The position numbers were made by a program, and so were the translations under genes. Below the pieces are notes generated by a model. It did no database searches and was not told where the DNA came from. It worked only from the letters and a program-made list of their open reading frames with translations. A stretch of 64,000 bases of DNA from Raillietiella orientalis. Its lineage: Eukaryota. The stretch is taken from the NCBI GenBank assembly GCA_036172245.1, contig JAYWIR010000108.1:1-64000 (forward strand), read 5' to 3'. Of this stretch, positions 50,845-63,190 are shown piece after piece. Position 1 is the stretch's first letter, and the number at the start of each line of letters is the position of its first letter.

Positions 50845-52952
50845 TTTTCACCCGGATTTCTCCGGGTAGTTTATTAAAAAAATAAAGTTTGTAAACAAAT
50901 TATCAATGGCTGTGGCAATGCTCCAGCCAGAAGCTAGGGACCACGGTGCCTGCCAATTCACCGGTTTCTAGACCGGTACGTTCCACCAAGGCAGCAGCGG
51001 AATGGGGAAAAACACAAAAAAAAAAACTCAACAAAAAAAAAAAAAAGGGTTGGAGGGAACGGGAAGGGATCACTGTTGCTGCTGGGGCCGCTGCATTCCT
51101 TTCAGGATGCTGGCAAGCTCTGGTTTGTTGTGAACATCCAGGTGGGGCCATCGCGACGCCCTCCTCAGGAATTCGGAGGAGCACTGGATGGCTTCCTGAT
51201 CGCTAGGTCGTCCCGTCGCCGTGCTCCAGGCGGCGACGATCCCACGAAGGCAGCACAAGGCTGCTATCGAGGACGCTGGCCGCAGGGCGTCGGCAACGAT
51301 GAAGGCTTTTAGTGCGTCCCTGGGGTTGCTGCAAGGGATACCGATGGCCGCGGCAAAGCGGAACGAAAGGGTCCGAAGGGCAACACAATCCACTAGGAGG
51401 TGGGGGAGATACTCCCGTTCCCCGCACCTTACACAATTGGGATCAACCGCTCCCCAGGTCCAGTGGTGTCGACGGGCGTTGCAGGGGAGTCCCCAGTGCT
51501 GCAACAGGAATACCAACTCTTGCCATTTTAGGGGGAGGATGGAAGTGTTCATCACAATCGGGAGCCACTTCAGATGTTCAATCGGAACATCCAGCAGCGC
51601 TCTCCAGCGCAGAAGTCCATTAGGAGGCGTACTCGGGGTCAAGCATCAGTTAGCTGGCCCGTCTTCCACTCTCTCTGCTTCTTGTCCTTGCCAGAGATAT
51701 TTATTGTAACCTCTCACTTCGCCGCAACATCGCTGTCCTGATGTTCCACTAAGGAGTCGAGCGCAGAAGCGAGGGGGGTTCTTCCTGACCACGCTCTCTT
51801 CTTAGGATACACCAGGAGCGTGCAACATCTGTAACACCCAAACAGGAACCTTCGTACCTGATGGGAGGGTTGCATGCCGAACTGTGTCCACGTACGAACG
51901 GTTTTCTGCAACCAGGCACTACCGTTCGCGGGGAGACATTTGATCCATCCTTGACTTTTCCTTGCCAGCGCAGCCACCCTCCGTAGCTGAAGCCCACATT
52001 GGTTGATGCGGCTTCGATGGAGTGCAAGAAACGACGTAAGTCCCGTCTTACCGGTAGCTTGCTGAAGAGGGAGACGTGCAGGGACGCACCAACAGGTGCA
52101 CCACAACTCTGGAACGAGTGCCGACAATCGGAACAGGAGCTGAAGCTCCAGCCGCTCCAGCGTCAGGAGGACCAGACCACCATCCCGACGAGGAGCGCAC
52201 AAGTCCTTTAAGCCAACTCGGGCCCTCTTGTTGCTTCAAAAGGCTATACGGAGGAGGTCCTTTGTCCGCTTTTTAATTCTCTCTATGAGGGAGCAAACAA
52301 AAAGCAGGGGGCGGAGGAGAGGAGAGGCGAAAGTGTTCCAAACCACGGCCCGTTCAGGCAGGAAAAAGCAGCCGACTCGGAACGGGCCGATCGCCGTCTC
52401 TGCTTTTTGGAGGCAACCGGACCACGCTTCCGCAGGGGAGTAGTCCCCCAACGGCAAACCAAGGTACTTGAAGTACCTCACCATGGGGATCCCCAAACGG
52501 ACCCAGTCCTGCTGCCCTGCCCACGTCGCTCCAACTGGCAACACTGACGACTTCGCCCTGTTAACCTGTAATCCGGCCCCACGCATAAGCAGGTCGAACA
52601 AATCTCCGATTGCCTTCGCCGGGGTGGACATAGGTAAGAGGAGCGGAAGATCGTCGGCATACGCCTCAACGGCTGGCGTACCGAGGCACGAGCTCGGCAA
52701 GGGGGCCAAACTCACCCTGTACGCTCTCAGCACCACCTCAGCGTAGGTGCTAAAAAACAGGGGGCTAAGGCTGTCGCCCTACCTTATGCCCCGCCGCACC
52801 GGCACGCCATACAACTTTTGTCCACTGAAAGTAATTGAGATTATCGCGTTCCGCCAGCAAGAGCGCAGGTAGGTAATCAAGGAGAGTAGGAAGCCCATGC
52901 GATCCAGGAGCTCCAAGAGGAGTTCCTGGTCAACACAGTCGAATGCCTTGTT
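50845..52952 (-). mobile_element. Chimeric element: A-type RT core joined to a D-type C-terminus and 3' UTR, cut at KAFD
   Basis: YADD region resembles the 27589 ORF; the C-terminus resembles 6558-7290 and 1565-2010; hairpin ACCCGGA-GAAA-TCCGGGT at 50850-50867. Confidence 0.8.
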
Positions 52953-53546
52953 CGCTCTAGGGTGGACGTGTTTTCTCGGTGCTCCTTGTGCCAGGAACTC
53001 TCCCCCAGTGCAAGCGTCGTGTGGTTCGGTGGTCGATCAGGCAGCGATGCCTGACGCGACCATCAGGGATGGCCACGGGGCAGCAGCAGCGCCGCCCCCA
53101 GAGGCGATGGAGAGCCAGGGGGCGGCGGCACCGTCGCCTGCAGAGGCGATGGAGCTGGGGGCATCCAACCCACAGAATCGGTCCCCGCTGCAGCGCGGTC
53201 GTGGAGCGCCGTTGTGTCGGCGCCATCGCCTGCAGTCGCGGCGGAATTGTCGGCCTATGTAGAGGAGGGTACAACCCCTCATTGTTCTACAAGGTAGGCA
53301 ATTTATAATCTTTAGAGAGCGCGCGCGCCTTCTCGAAGGGCATGCGCGCTCTCGATGTGAAAGAGGAGGAGCCCAGCGCTATGACCATCCGCAGCGGGGG
53401 TCAGTACTTTGAGGTCATCTGCAAACATGCAGAGCTGGCCCAACGACTGCTTAAAACCCCCGTAGTGATAAGGATGCGCAGGCTCCTCCGCACTACGGCG
53501 GACCGCAGCATGGTGGTCCACCTGTTAGGCGTGACCGCGCGAATGC
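52953..53546 (+). mobile_element. Family D 5' fragment inserted antisense at the KAFD site
   Basis: Follows TCGAATGCCTTGTT; GGACGTG at 52964; ORF1 begins MPDAT. Confidence 0.87.
52964..52971 (+). promoter_or_regulatory. DPE-like internal promoter motif GGACGTGT (representative copy)
   Basis: The same motif occurs near the 5' end of essentially every element and matches the DPE consensus RGWYV. Function is inferred. Confidence 0.55.
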
Positions 53547-56483
53547 GGACCGATCGCCAACGCTGCTTTTTGGAGACGGTCGGACCAGGCTTCTGCTGCG
53601 CAGAAGTCCCCCAACGGTACGCCGAGGTACTTGAAGCACCTGCCCGTGGGGATCCCCAAGCGGATCCAGTCCGACCGTCCAGCCCACGCCGAACCGACGA
53701 AGACCATGGACGAATTCGCCCTGTTCACCTCCAGGCCCGTCCCGCGGCGCAGCAACTCGAAGAAGTCCTCGAGTGCACTCGCCGGGGTGGACCCGGGAAG
53801 CAGCAGCAGAAGATCGTCTGCATAGGCCGACACGGCTGGCGTGCCGGCACACGAGCTCGGCAGGGTTGCCAGAGTTACCCTGTATGCCCTCAGCACCAAC
53901 TCGAAGTAGATGCTGAAGAGCAAGGGGCTCAGGCTGTCACCCTGCCGGATGCCGCGGCGTACGGGCACGCCGTACACGTGCCGGCCGCTGAAACCGATAT
54001 TGATTGACGCGTTGCGCCAGCAGGAGCGCAGGTAAAATTGAAGCACGGCAGGGAAACCCATGCGTTCCAGGAGCTCCAGAAGGAGATCCTGGTCGACGCA
54101 GTCGAATGCTTTGTGCAAATCGACCGCGACGGCAAAGGCTCCCGCCGAGTCCATCCCACCCTCTGCCCGATCTTCTTGGTCAGAGGGGGGCGCGTGGCTT
54201 CCTTGACCGTCCTGTGCAACGCGTTGTCGCAACTGCCACAATGAGCTGGCGAGGAGCAGGTTGGCATCCACGGTTCGTCCGGGAACAGCATAGGTCTGCT
54301 CGGGACTCACCACGGAAGCGGCCACCCGCCCCAAACGCTCAGTTCACAACTTGGCATACAACTTTGCGTCCGCATTCACTACTGTGATGGGTCGCCAGTT
54401 GCCAATGTTGCGTAAGTCTCCTGACTTCGGCAGGAGACGTACTTTAGCTGACCGGAACGAGGCGGGAACTTCGCCGTGTTCGCGGATCAGCGCACTTAAC
54501 CTGAGCACCAGGGGGGCCAGGTCTGGCGCGAAGCGATGGTAAAACTCCGCGGGCAGGCCGTCCTCCCCTGGTGCCTTCCTTCTCTTGAGCCTGTTGATGG
54601 CGGAGATGTTCTCCGCCATCGTGAACGGTTCCACCAATCTGGAACGGTCCTCCTCCTTGAGCGCGAGAGCGCCATCCGGCAGCAGGCGCTGCGCAAAATG
54701 GCGCTCAGGTGTTAGTGGCGCGTACAAGGAGGAATAAAACTCCCGCACGATGCGGCTTACCTGGGCTGGGCTGGAGCGTTCTTGGCCCTGATGATCCAGC
54801 AGGCAGGCCGAGCCTGACTGCCAGGCCTGCCTCTCCGCCTCAGCCTTGAATTCAGCCAGGCGACGGACGTCGGGTCGCCGGGAATAACGGCGCGCCTGGA
54901 GGTACGCCCGCTCGTTCCTGACACCCTCACCGAAGCCCGGCGGAAGACGTTCCAGCGGAAACTGGTCGCAAAACTCACGGACTGAGCACTTCATTTCGTC
55001 CCAGTCCGCGAGCGTCTGAAGCTGGAATCCTCGCAGGAAACATCGTAGATGTTCCGCCGCTCCTGCGAGGCGCAACCAATCCCCTGGCAGGCGCCATGTT
55101 TTCAGGGGAGCGCCCTTATTGCGCGGATGTAGCTCGAGCACGAGCCGTGGTTGGTCGGACAGCTCTGCCGGGAGCGTTCCTCGAGTTCCCACCCGCGTGC
55201 ACAGGTGGTTGTCGAGGAACATGTGGTCGATGTTCCGATCTCTCCCGGCATCGCCGGCCAACAAGTTGCGCGCATGCATGGCTGCGCACAACTCGTTGAA
55301 CAGCTGTGCTCGTCCGCTGGGCGCACCTGCCAGCAGGCGGAGATTGAAATCGCCCGCAATGAGGTGCGCCCTTCGCACGCCTGCTTCGGCCAACCAGTCT
55401 CGCCGCAAGGTTTCGAAGAACGCAGTGCGTTCCTCGGCCCTATGGCTGCTCACCGGAGCGTACAGGTTCGTGACTACGAGGTCAATCGAGTCGCACCCCT
55501 TGAACACAAGCTGCTCAACTCGACCATCCCCGTCGAACCGTGCACTGCGCAGTGAGTTGTCGACGGTTGGCTTTAGCAGAAAGGCCACTCCGCAGGAGTT
55601 GTCCGTTCCGTTCCTCCACAGTAGCCGCCCTCCCGCGATTCTTTCCATTTCCTGGACATCTCCCGGTCGGAGAACGTGCGTCTCTTGCAGGAGCACCAGG
55701 TCGAAATCTCGCAGTATGGCGGCTACATCTCGCCTCTTTCCGTCGTCGCGCAACCCGTTGACATTCCAACAGGTGATGCGCAAGCGGCGGCAGAAGGCGA
55801 GCCCACGCATTGATGCGTTTATTGTGGGGTGGAGGCGGCCTCCTCCCTTGCGGGAGGCGGCTTGTTGGCGGCCGTGACGACGGTCGGCTGCTCACACAGG
55901 AGCACGTCGTCAACAGCGACTTCCATGGATCTGGCTTCCGAGACACGGATCGGAGAGGGGTCGCGTGGCGCGACGCACATTGCCTCCTCCTCCGTGCCCG
56001 AAGACATGGCATCCTCCACCTGCGGAGGGGCGACCCGTCTCGGTCAACCGGTCTTCTTGCCAGCCTTCCTCTTCGGCACGGCTGCGGAAGTAGAACAACC
56101 GGCTTCGGTTTCGGACTCGGAATTTTCCGGGCCCTTCACCGTTGCCGGTCGTCTCCAGGCCTTCTTCTCGGCCTTGGCAGGCTGCCGTAACATGGCTGCC
56201 AGCTCTTCCGCGGCCTGTGCGAAGGTCGCGTCCGTTATGCGCGCCGCCTCCTCGCTTTCCGCACCGACGCTTTGCGCAGGCGCGACAGGGGCGGCTTCAT
56301 CGATCGGCGCGCAGACGTCCTTCGCTGGCAATGCCGGAACGGCATTGTCGTCAGCTGATGGTGACGTCACTGCGGGCACGACCTGCTCAGGATCGACGGT
56401 ATCGATCGCCTTTTCCGTTACTTTCTTTACGGCTCTGGCGATCGAGACGCGTTCGATCTTCACCGTACAAGCGCGGACGACCG
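53547..56483 (-). mobile_element. Family C element, middle part (ORF1 tail, endonuclease, RT)
   Basis: ORFs 54344-55810 and 53525-54334 with endonuclease and RT motifs; cut in ORF1 at VVRAC. Confidence 0.9.
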
Positions 56484-56575
56484 TAAAGTGAGAGGACGTG
56501 TTTTTCGGTGCTTCCGAAAACCGTCTTTTTTGCGAGTGTCGGTGTTTTTCTAGGTGCGGTCGTTCCTGGGCAGAA

Positions 56576-58245
56576 ATGCCCGAGGACACCGCCGCCACGG
56601 CGAAGGGGGGCGAGCGAGCCTCGTCCCCCCAACCCATGGATGTGAGGGCCATCTCCCCCACGGATTCGTCCCCCGCCCCGGCGAGGGCTTGGAGCGCGGT
56701 GGTGGCGGCGCCTGCGCCGCCCCCCGCAGAGGAACAGCGGGCCTACATGGCCGACGGCTACAACCCGGCCCTACTTTACAAGGTAGGTGGCCTGTACTCC
56801 CCCGCGGTGTTACGATCGTTCGCCGCGGAGTTTAAAAAGTTGAAAGTCCCGGAGGACGAAGTCCTCGGGCTTTCCGTGCGAAGTGGCGGGCAGCTGGTTG
56901 AGCTGAACTGCAAGTCTGCAGGGATGGCTCAGCAGCTGCTCCGCCTGCCGGTGACCGTGAACGGTCGAAGAATCTTCCCGTTCACGGCGGACAACTCCAT
57001 CGTTGTCCACCTCACCGGCATCAACATGCGAATGGCAAAGACCGCCGTTCGCGAATCTTTAGAGCAATACGGAACCATCCACACGTTGTGGGCGAAACCC
57101 AATGTCCTGGGTTACACCAGGGCTTTTAGTGGGTGCGCCACTGCGCGCGTGACAGTCCGTGCCGAGGGTGGGCTACCCCACAGACTACAGGTCGGAGACG
57201 AAGAGATCGACCTGTGGTATGTGGGGAAACCCGTTTACTGCGGCTTTTGCCAGGTGTCGGGGCATTTAAAAAAAAATGCCCCAACATCGTGTGCTTGGGC
57301 TGTGGGGAGAAGGGGCACATCAGGCGGATGTGCCCCAACCGAAAAAGGTCCGTTTCGTCAGGCGCGAGAAAGGAAGAGACGCCAAAGGAAAAGGACCGAA
57401 GCCAACAACTGGCAGAATCCCGCCCTGCCGACCAACCCGCTGCTCAGCCATCCTCCAGCGAACAACCAGCTGGAGAAAGCGCCGAGAACAAGGGAGGTTG
57501 GCAGAAGGTGGTGAAGAAGAAGAAGGCCCCCGTCAAGGAGGTAAAAAGAATTAACAAGGCGGCTCCGAAGAAGCAGAAGCCGGCAGTCCGCGCTTGTTCA
57601 GTGAAAATCGAACGCGTGTCGATCGCAAGAGCCGTGAAGAAAGTAACGGTGAACGCGATTGATACCGTCGTATCGGAGCCGATCGTGCCTGCAGTGACGT
57701 CACCATCAGCTGAAGAGAATGCCGCTCCGGCATTGCCAGCGAAGGACGTCTGCGCGCCGGTCTATGAAGCCGTCCCCGTCGCGCCTGCGCCGATCGTTGG
57801 TGCGAAAAGCGATGAGGCGGCGCGTATCACAGACGCGACCTTCGCGCAGGCCGCGGAAGAGCTGGCAGCCATGTTGCGGCAGCCTGCTAAGGCCGAAAAA
57901 AAGGCCTTGAGACGAACGGCGACAGCGAAGGGCCCGGAATCTTCCGGGTCGGACGCTGAAGCCGGTTGCTCTACTTCCACAGCCGTGCCGAAGAGAAAGG
58001 CTGGAAAGAAGGTCGGATGCCTGAGACGTGTCCCCTCCTCCCAAGTAGACGAGCCCATGTCCTCGGGCACGGAGGAGGAGGCAATTTGCGCCGCACCACG
58101 CGACCCTTCTCCCGTCCGTGTCACGGAAGCCAGCCCAATGGAAGTCGCTGGAGACGACGTGCTCCCGGGTGAGCAGCCGACCGTCGTCACGGCCGCCAAC
58201 GAGCCGCCTCCCGAAAGGGAGGAGGCCGCCTCCACCCCACCATAA
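56576..58245 (+). pseudogene. Family C ORF1 with a single frameshift in an A-run near 57270
   Basis: CGFCQVSGHLKKKC and CLGCGEKGHIRRMC split between two frames. Confidence 0.88.
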
Positions 58246-58253
58246 ATACACCA

Positions 58254-61200
58254 ATGCGTGGGCTCGCCTCCTGCCGCCGCTTGCGCATCACCTGTTGGAA
58301 TGTCAACGGGTTGCGCGACGACGGAAAGAGGCGAGATGTAGCCGCCATACTGCGAGACTTCGACCTGGTGCTCCTGCAAGAGACGCACGTTCTCCGACCG
58401 GGAGATGTCCAGGAAATCGAAAGAATCGCAGGAGGGCGGCTACTGTGGAGGAACGGAACGGACAACTCCTGCGGAGTGGCCTTTCTGCTAAAGCCAACCG
58501 TCGACAACTCACTGCGCAGTGCACGGTTCGACGGGGATGGTCGAGTTGGGCAGCTTGTGTTCAAGTGGTCCGACTCGATCGACCTCGTTGTGACGAACAT
58601 ATACGCGCCAGTGAGCAACCACGGGGCCGAGGAACGCACTGCGTTCCTCGAATCCCTGCGGCGAGACTGGCTGGCTGAAGCAGGCGTACGGAAGGCGCAC
58701 CTCATTGCGGGCGATTTCAATCTCCGCCTGCTAGCAGGTGCACCCAACAGACGAGCACAGCTGGTCAACGAGTTGTGCGCAGCCATGCATGCGCGCAACT
58801 TGTTGGCCGGTGATACCGGGAGAGATCGGAACATCGATCACATGTTCCTCGACAACCACCTGTGCACGCGGGTGGGAACTCGTGGAACGCTCCCGGCAGA
58901 GCTGTCCGACCATCCACGGCTCGTGCTCGAGTTACATCCGCGCAATAAGGGCCCTCCCCTGAAAACATGGCGCCTGCCAGGGGATTGGTTGCGCCTCGCA
59001 GGAGCGGCGGAACATCTACGCTGTTTCCTGCGAGGATTCCAGCTTCACACGCTTGCGGACTGGGACGAAATGAAGTGCTCAGTCCGTGAGTTTTGCGACC
59101 AGTTTCCCCTGGAACGTCTTCCGCCGGGCTTCGGTGAGGGTGTCCGGAACGAGCGGGCGTACCTACAGGCGCGCCGTTATTCCCGGCGTCCCGACGTCCT
59201 TCGCCTGGCTGAATTCAAGGCTGAGGCGGAGAGGCAGGCCTGGCAGTCAGGCTCGGCCTGCCTGCTGGATCATCAGGGCCAAGAACGCTCCAGCCCAGCC
59301 CAGGTAAGCCGCATCGTGCGGGAGTTTTATTCCTCCTTGTACGCGCCACTGACACCTGAGCGCCATTTCGCGCAGCGCCTGCTGCCGGATGGCGCTCCCG
59401 CGCTCAAGGAGGAGGACCGTTCCAGATTGGCGGAACCGTTCACGATGGCGGAGATCATCTCCGCCATCAACAGGCTCAAGAGAAGGAAGGCACCAGGGGA
59501 GGACGGCCTGCCCGCGGAGGTTTACCATCGCTTCGCGCCAGAGCTGGCCCCCCTGGTGCTCAGGTTAAGTGCGCTGATCCGCGAACACGGCGAAGTTCCC
59601 GCCTCGTTCCGGTCAGCTTAAGTACGTCTCCTGCCGAAGTCAGGAGACTTACGCAACATTGGCAACTGGCGTCCCATCACAGTAGTGAATGCGGACGCAA
59701 AGTTGTATGCCAAGTTGTGGGCTGAGCGTTTGTGGCGGGTGGCCGCTTCCGTGGTGAGTCCCGAGCAGACCTATGCTGTTCCCGGACGAACCATGGAGGC
59801 CAACCTGCTCCTCGCCAGCTCATGGTGGCAGTTGCGACAACGCGTTGCACAGGACGGTCAAGGGAGCCTCGCGCCCCCTCTGACCAAGAAGATCGGGCAG
59901 AGGGTGGGATGGACTCGGCGGGAGCCTTTGCCGTCGCGGTCGATTTGCACAAAGCATTCGACTGCGTCGACCAGGATCTCCTTCTGGAGCTCCTGGAACG
60001 CATGGGTTTCCCGGCCGTGCTCCAGTCCTACCTGCGCTCCTGCTGGCGCAACGCGTCGATGAATATTTGTTTCAGCGGCCGGCACGTGTACGGCGTGCCA
60101 GTGCGCCGCGGCATACGGCAGGGTGACAGCCTGAGCCCCTTGCTCTTCAGCATCTACTTTGAGTTGGTGCTTAGGGCATACAGGGTAACTCTGGCAGCCC
60201 TGCCGAGCTCGTGTGCCGGCACGCCTGCCGTGTCGGCCTATGCAGACGATCTTCTGCTGCTGCTTCCCGGGTCCACTCCGGCGAGTGCGCTCGAGGATTT
60301 CTTCGAGTTGCTGCGCCGCGGGACGGGCCTGGAGGTGAACCGGGCGAAGTCGTCCATGGTCTTCGTCGGTTCGGCGTGGGCTGGACGGTCGGATTGGATC
60401 CGCTTGGGGATCCCCACGGACAGGTGCTTCAAGTACCTAGGCGTTCCGATGGGGGAATTCTGCGCAGCAGAAGCCTGGTCCGACCGTCTCCAAAAGGCAG
60501 CGTTGGCGACCGGTCCGTTCCAAGAAAGCAAGCTTTACTTGCAGGAACGGGCCGCGGTGTGGAACGCGTTTGCGGCCCCCCTTCTTCGCCCCCTACTTTT
60601 TGTGTGCCCCGCCCCTTACTTCATCCGTAAACGAGCAGCGGGCCTCCTGAGGACAGTCCTTTGGGGCAAAGGGAGGTCCCGTGTGAGGCTCAAAGACTTG
60701 TGCGCTCCACGTAAGGACGGAGGACTTGGCGTTCTTACGCTGGAGCGCATTGAACTACAACTCCGGTTCAGGACTCTCGCCCTTGCGGCGGAATTGTGGG
60801 ACACGCCTTGGTGCGTTCCAGCACGCCTCCTGGCCCAACGAGCCTGCGGATTCGACGGACTTTTGTCGTTTCTGCTGGCACGCGACCGCAGAGAAGCACA
60901 CGGCTGCTTAATCCTGCGTCGCATGGAAGTTGCGGTACGGGAGAACGCCTGGATCTCCTGCCGCCCAGGGAACTGCTCTGCATGGCTGCACGAGTCAGTG
61001 TCCACCTGGGTAAAGATCCACGTTTCGGCGGGCACAAGAAACACTTGCCTGCAAAGGCACGCCCGCTGGAAACTGCAGGAGATCGTGCAGTCCCACGAAA
61101 CGCGCATGTGGGCTTTGATTACCCCCCTTGCCCCAGTGCTGCCCTTCCTCATCGACGCCAGGGACAGTAGGGAGCTTGGGAAATGGAACGTGTCCTGCAC

Positions 61201-61810
61201 TATTGGAGGCAGGACACAAACGATTATGGCGTGGACCTCTCGGCAGCTAGCGGACGCTGCGACACCGAGAGTCCCGCCTAACGGAATTCGACGCTGGGGC
61301 GAGCTACTCGGACTATCTCCGGAGGAGATGAAGTGGCCCCCGGCGTCCTGGAACAGTGGATCCCTTCCCCTGAAATGGCAGGATGTGGCGTTGCTTGTGG
61401 TCCTCTGGGGACTTCCATTCAAAGCACGCCTTCATCACACAACCCGGGGGGCTGTGGATCCTTATTGTGACCGGTGCGGGGAAAAAGAGACCTTCCCCCA
61501 CCTTCTAATCGAGTGCAGTGCCATCCGCCCTTTATGGGATCGCCTTACGGCGATCCTGGACTTGCGCGGATGCGGCCCTAAGGACGTTTTTAGGCTCCTC
61601 TTCCGTAGTGACGCCTTGTCCCCCTCCTCTTCTGTAGCAGTCCTCTGCTGCATTCGAGGGATCGTGGCGGCTTGGAACGCCACCAGAAGAAGACGTCAGC
61701 CCACTGGCAACGCCTTACGGTTCACCCGCCTATTCGTCCGAGACGTCTGCAAGTGGCGCCACTTGGGCGCAGAGAGGACTCAGCTTGTACGGATCCTAAA
61801 TAGGATCTAG
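58254..61810 (+). pseudogene. Family C ORF2 (APE endonuclease, RT, zinc finger); nonsense codon at 59619-59621 and a frameshift near 59875
   Basis: All catalytic motifs are present: WNVNG, LQE, NIYAP, GDFN, IDH, SDH, DLHKAFD, GIRQGDSLSPLLF, YADD, KYLG, CDRC..HLLIEC. Confidence 0.92.
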
Positions 61811-62034
61811 AGGACCTATCCGCCCGCACGGTGATCCCCTCCCTGCCCTCCCATTCCCGAAACATTTGCTCCCTCCCATACTTCAACTATTTGTTTGTTT
61901 TTTGTTTTGTTCTTTCCCAACCCCCGCGGATCGGATGGACCTCTACGGCATAGCGCCCGTAAATACCAAGCTGTTTTGTAGTGGTGGACCTTTGGGTTCA
62001 CCACGCGACAATCCATTGTGATTTTATTCTTTTG

Positions 62035-62064
62035 AATAAATGCCCCGGCATATCCGGGTGAAAA
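62035..62064 (+). terminator. Element 3' terminus: AATAAA and GC-rich hairpin (representative copy)
   Basis: AATAAA-TGC-CCCGG-CATAT-CCGGG-TGAAAA; recurs at element 3' ends throughout the window. Confidence 0.7.
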
Positions 62065-63001
62065 CGCGGACGACCGGTTTCTGCTTCGGTCCTGTTCCTT
62101 CGGCGTGTCTGCTTTCCTCGCGCCTGTAGGAACTGACCTTTTTCTGTTGGGGCACATCCGCCTGATGTGCCCCTTCTCCCCACAGCCCAAGCACACGATG
62201 TTGGGGCATTTCTTCTTCAGGTGCCCCGACACCTGGCAAAAGCCGCAGTATACGGGTTTCCCCACATACCACAGGTCGATCTCCTCCTCCCCGACCTGCA
62301 GTCTGTGGGGTAGCCCACCCTCGGCACGTACCGTCACGCGCGCAGCGGCGTAACCACTAAATGCCCTGGTGTAACCCAGGACATTGGGTTTTGCCCACAA
62401 CGCGTGGACCGTCCCGAACTTCTCCAAACTTTCCCGAACGGCGGTCTTGGCCATTCTCATCGTAATACCGGTGAGGTGGACAACGATGGAGTTGTCCGCC
62501 GTGAACGGGAAGATTCTTCTCCCGTTCACGGTCACCGGCAGGCGGAGCAGCTGCTGAGCCATCCCTGCAGACTTGCAGTTCAGCTCAACCAGCTGCCCGC
62601 ACTCCTAACCGAAAGTCCGAGGACTTCGTACTCCGGGACGTTCAATTTCTTGAACTCGGCCGCGAACGACCGCAAAACCGCGGGGGAGTACAGGCCACCT
62701 GCCTTGTATAACAAGGCCAAGTTATACCCGTCGGCCATGTAGGCCCGCTGTTCCTCTGCGGGTGGCGGCGCAGGCGCCGCCACCACCGCGCTCCAAGCCC
62801 TCGCCGGGGCGGGGGACGATTCCGTGGGGGAGATGGCCCCCACATCCATGGGCTGAAGGGACAAGGCTCGCTCGCCCCCCTCCGCCGTCTTTGCGGCGTC
62901 CTCGGGCATCTCTGCCCAGGAACAACCGCTCACAGCTTACAGCCCCGAAAACACTCGCGAGAAAAACGCGGAGCACCACAAAAGCACGTCCAATCTCTCA
63001 G
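62065..63001 (-). mobile_element. Family C element 5' part (5' UTR and ORF1 N-terminus), upstream half of the host split at 56483
   Basis: GGACGTG at 62991; inverted match to ~56560-57400; an internal deletion joins DRS to KQKP through CCGAAG microhomology. Confidence 0.88.
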
Positions 63002-63009
63002 GCAGCGGG

Positions 63010-63190
63010 TTGTTCACACCCGGATGTGCCGGGGCATTTATTTCATAGAAATAAAATTACAGAAAAATGTCGCGTGGCGAACCCGAAGGTTCACCACTCC
63101 AAAACAGCTTGCTGCTTACCGGCTCCGTGCCGGAGAGGTCCTTCCGATGCGCGGGGATGGGAAATAAAGAAAAACAAAAAGAAACAAGTC
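63010..63190 (-). mobile_element. Family C isolated 3' UTR fragment
   Basis: Inverted match to ~61895-62064, including AATAAA and the hairpin. Confidence 0.8.

Larger units (their letters stand above)
56484..62064 (+). mobile_element. Full-length family C element, the least decayed copy, inserted antisense in ORF1 of its own family
   Basis: Perfect 12 bp TSD CGCGGACGACCG (56472-56483, 62065-62076); GGACGTG at 56494; AATAAA followed by CCCGG-CATAT-CCGGG-TGAAAA. Confidence 0.95.

Noticed and set aside
57260..57280. Programmed frameshift at the A-run in family C ORF1
   Set aside because: The sister copy (~62210, minus strand) is in frame with AAGAAGAAA, so this is a mutation or a homopolymer error.
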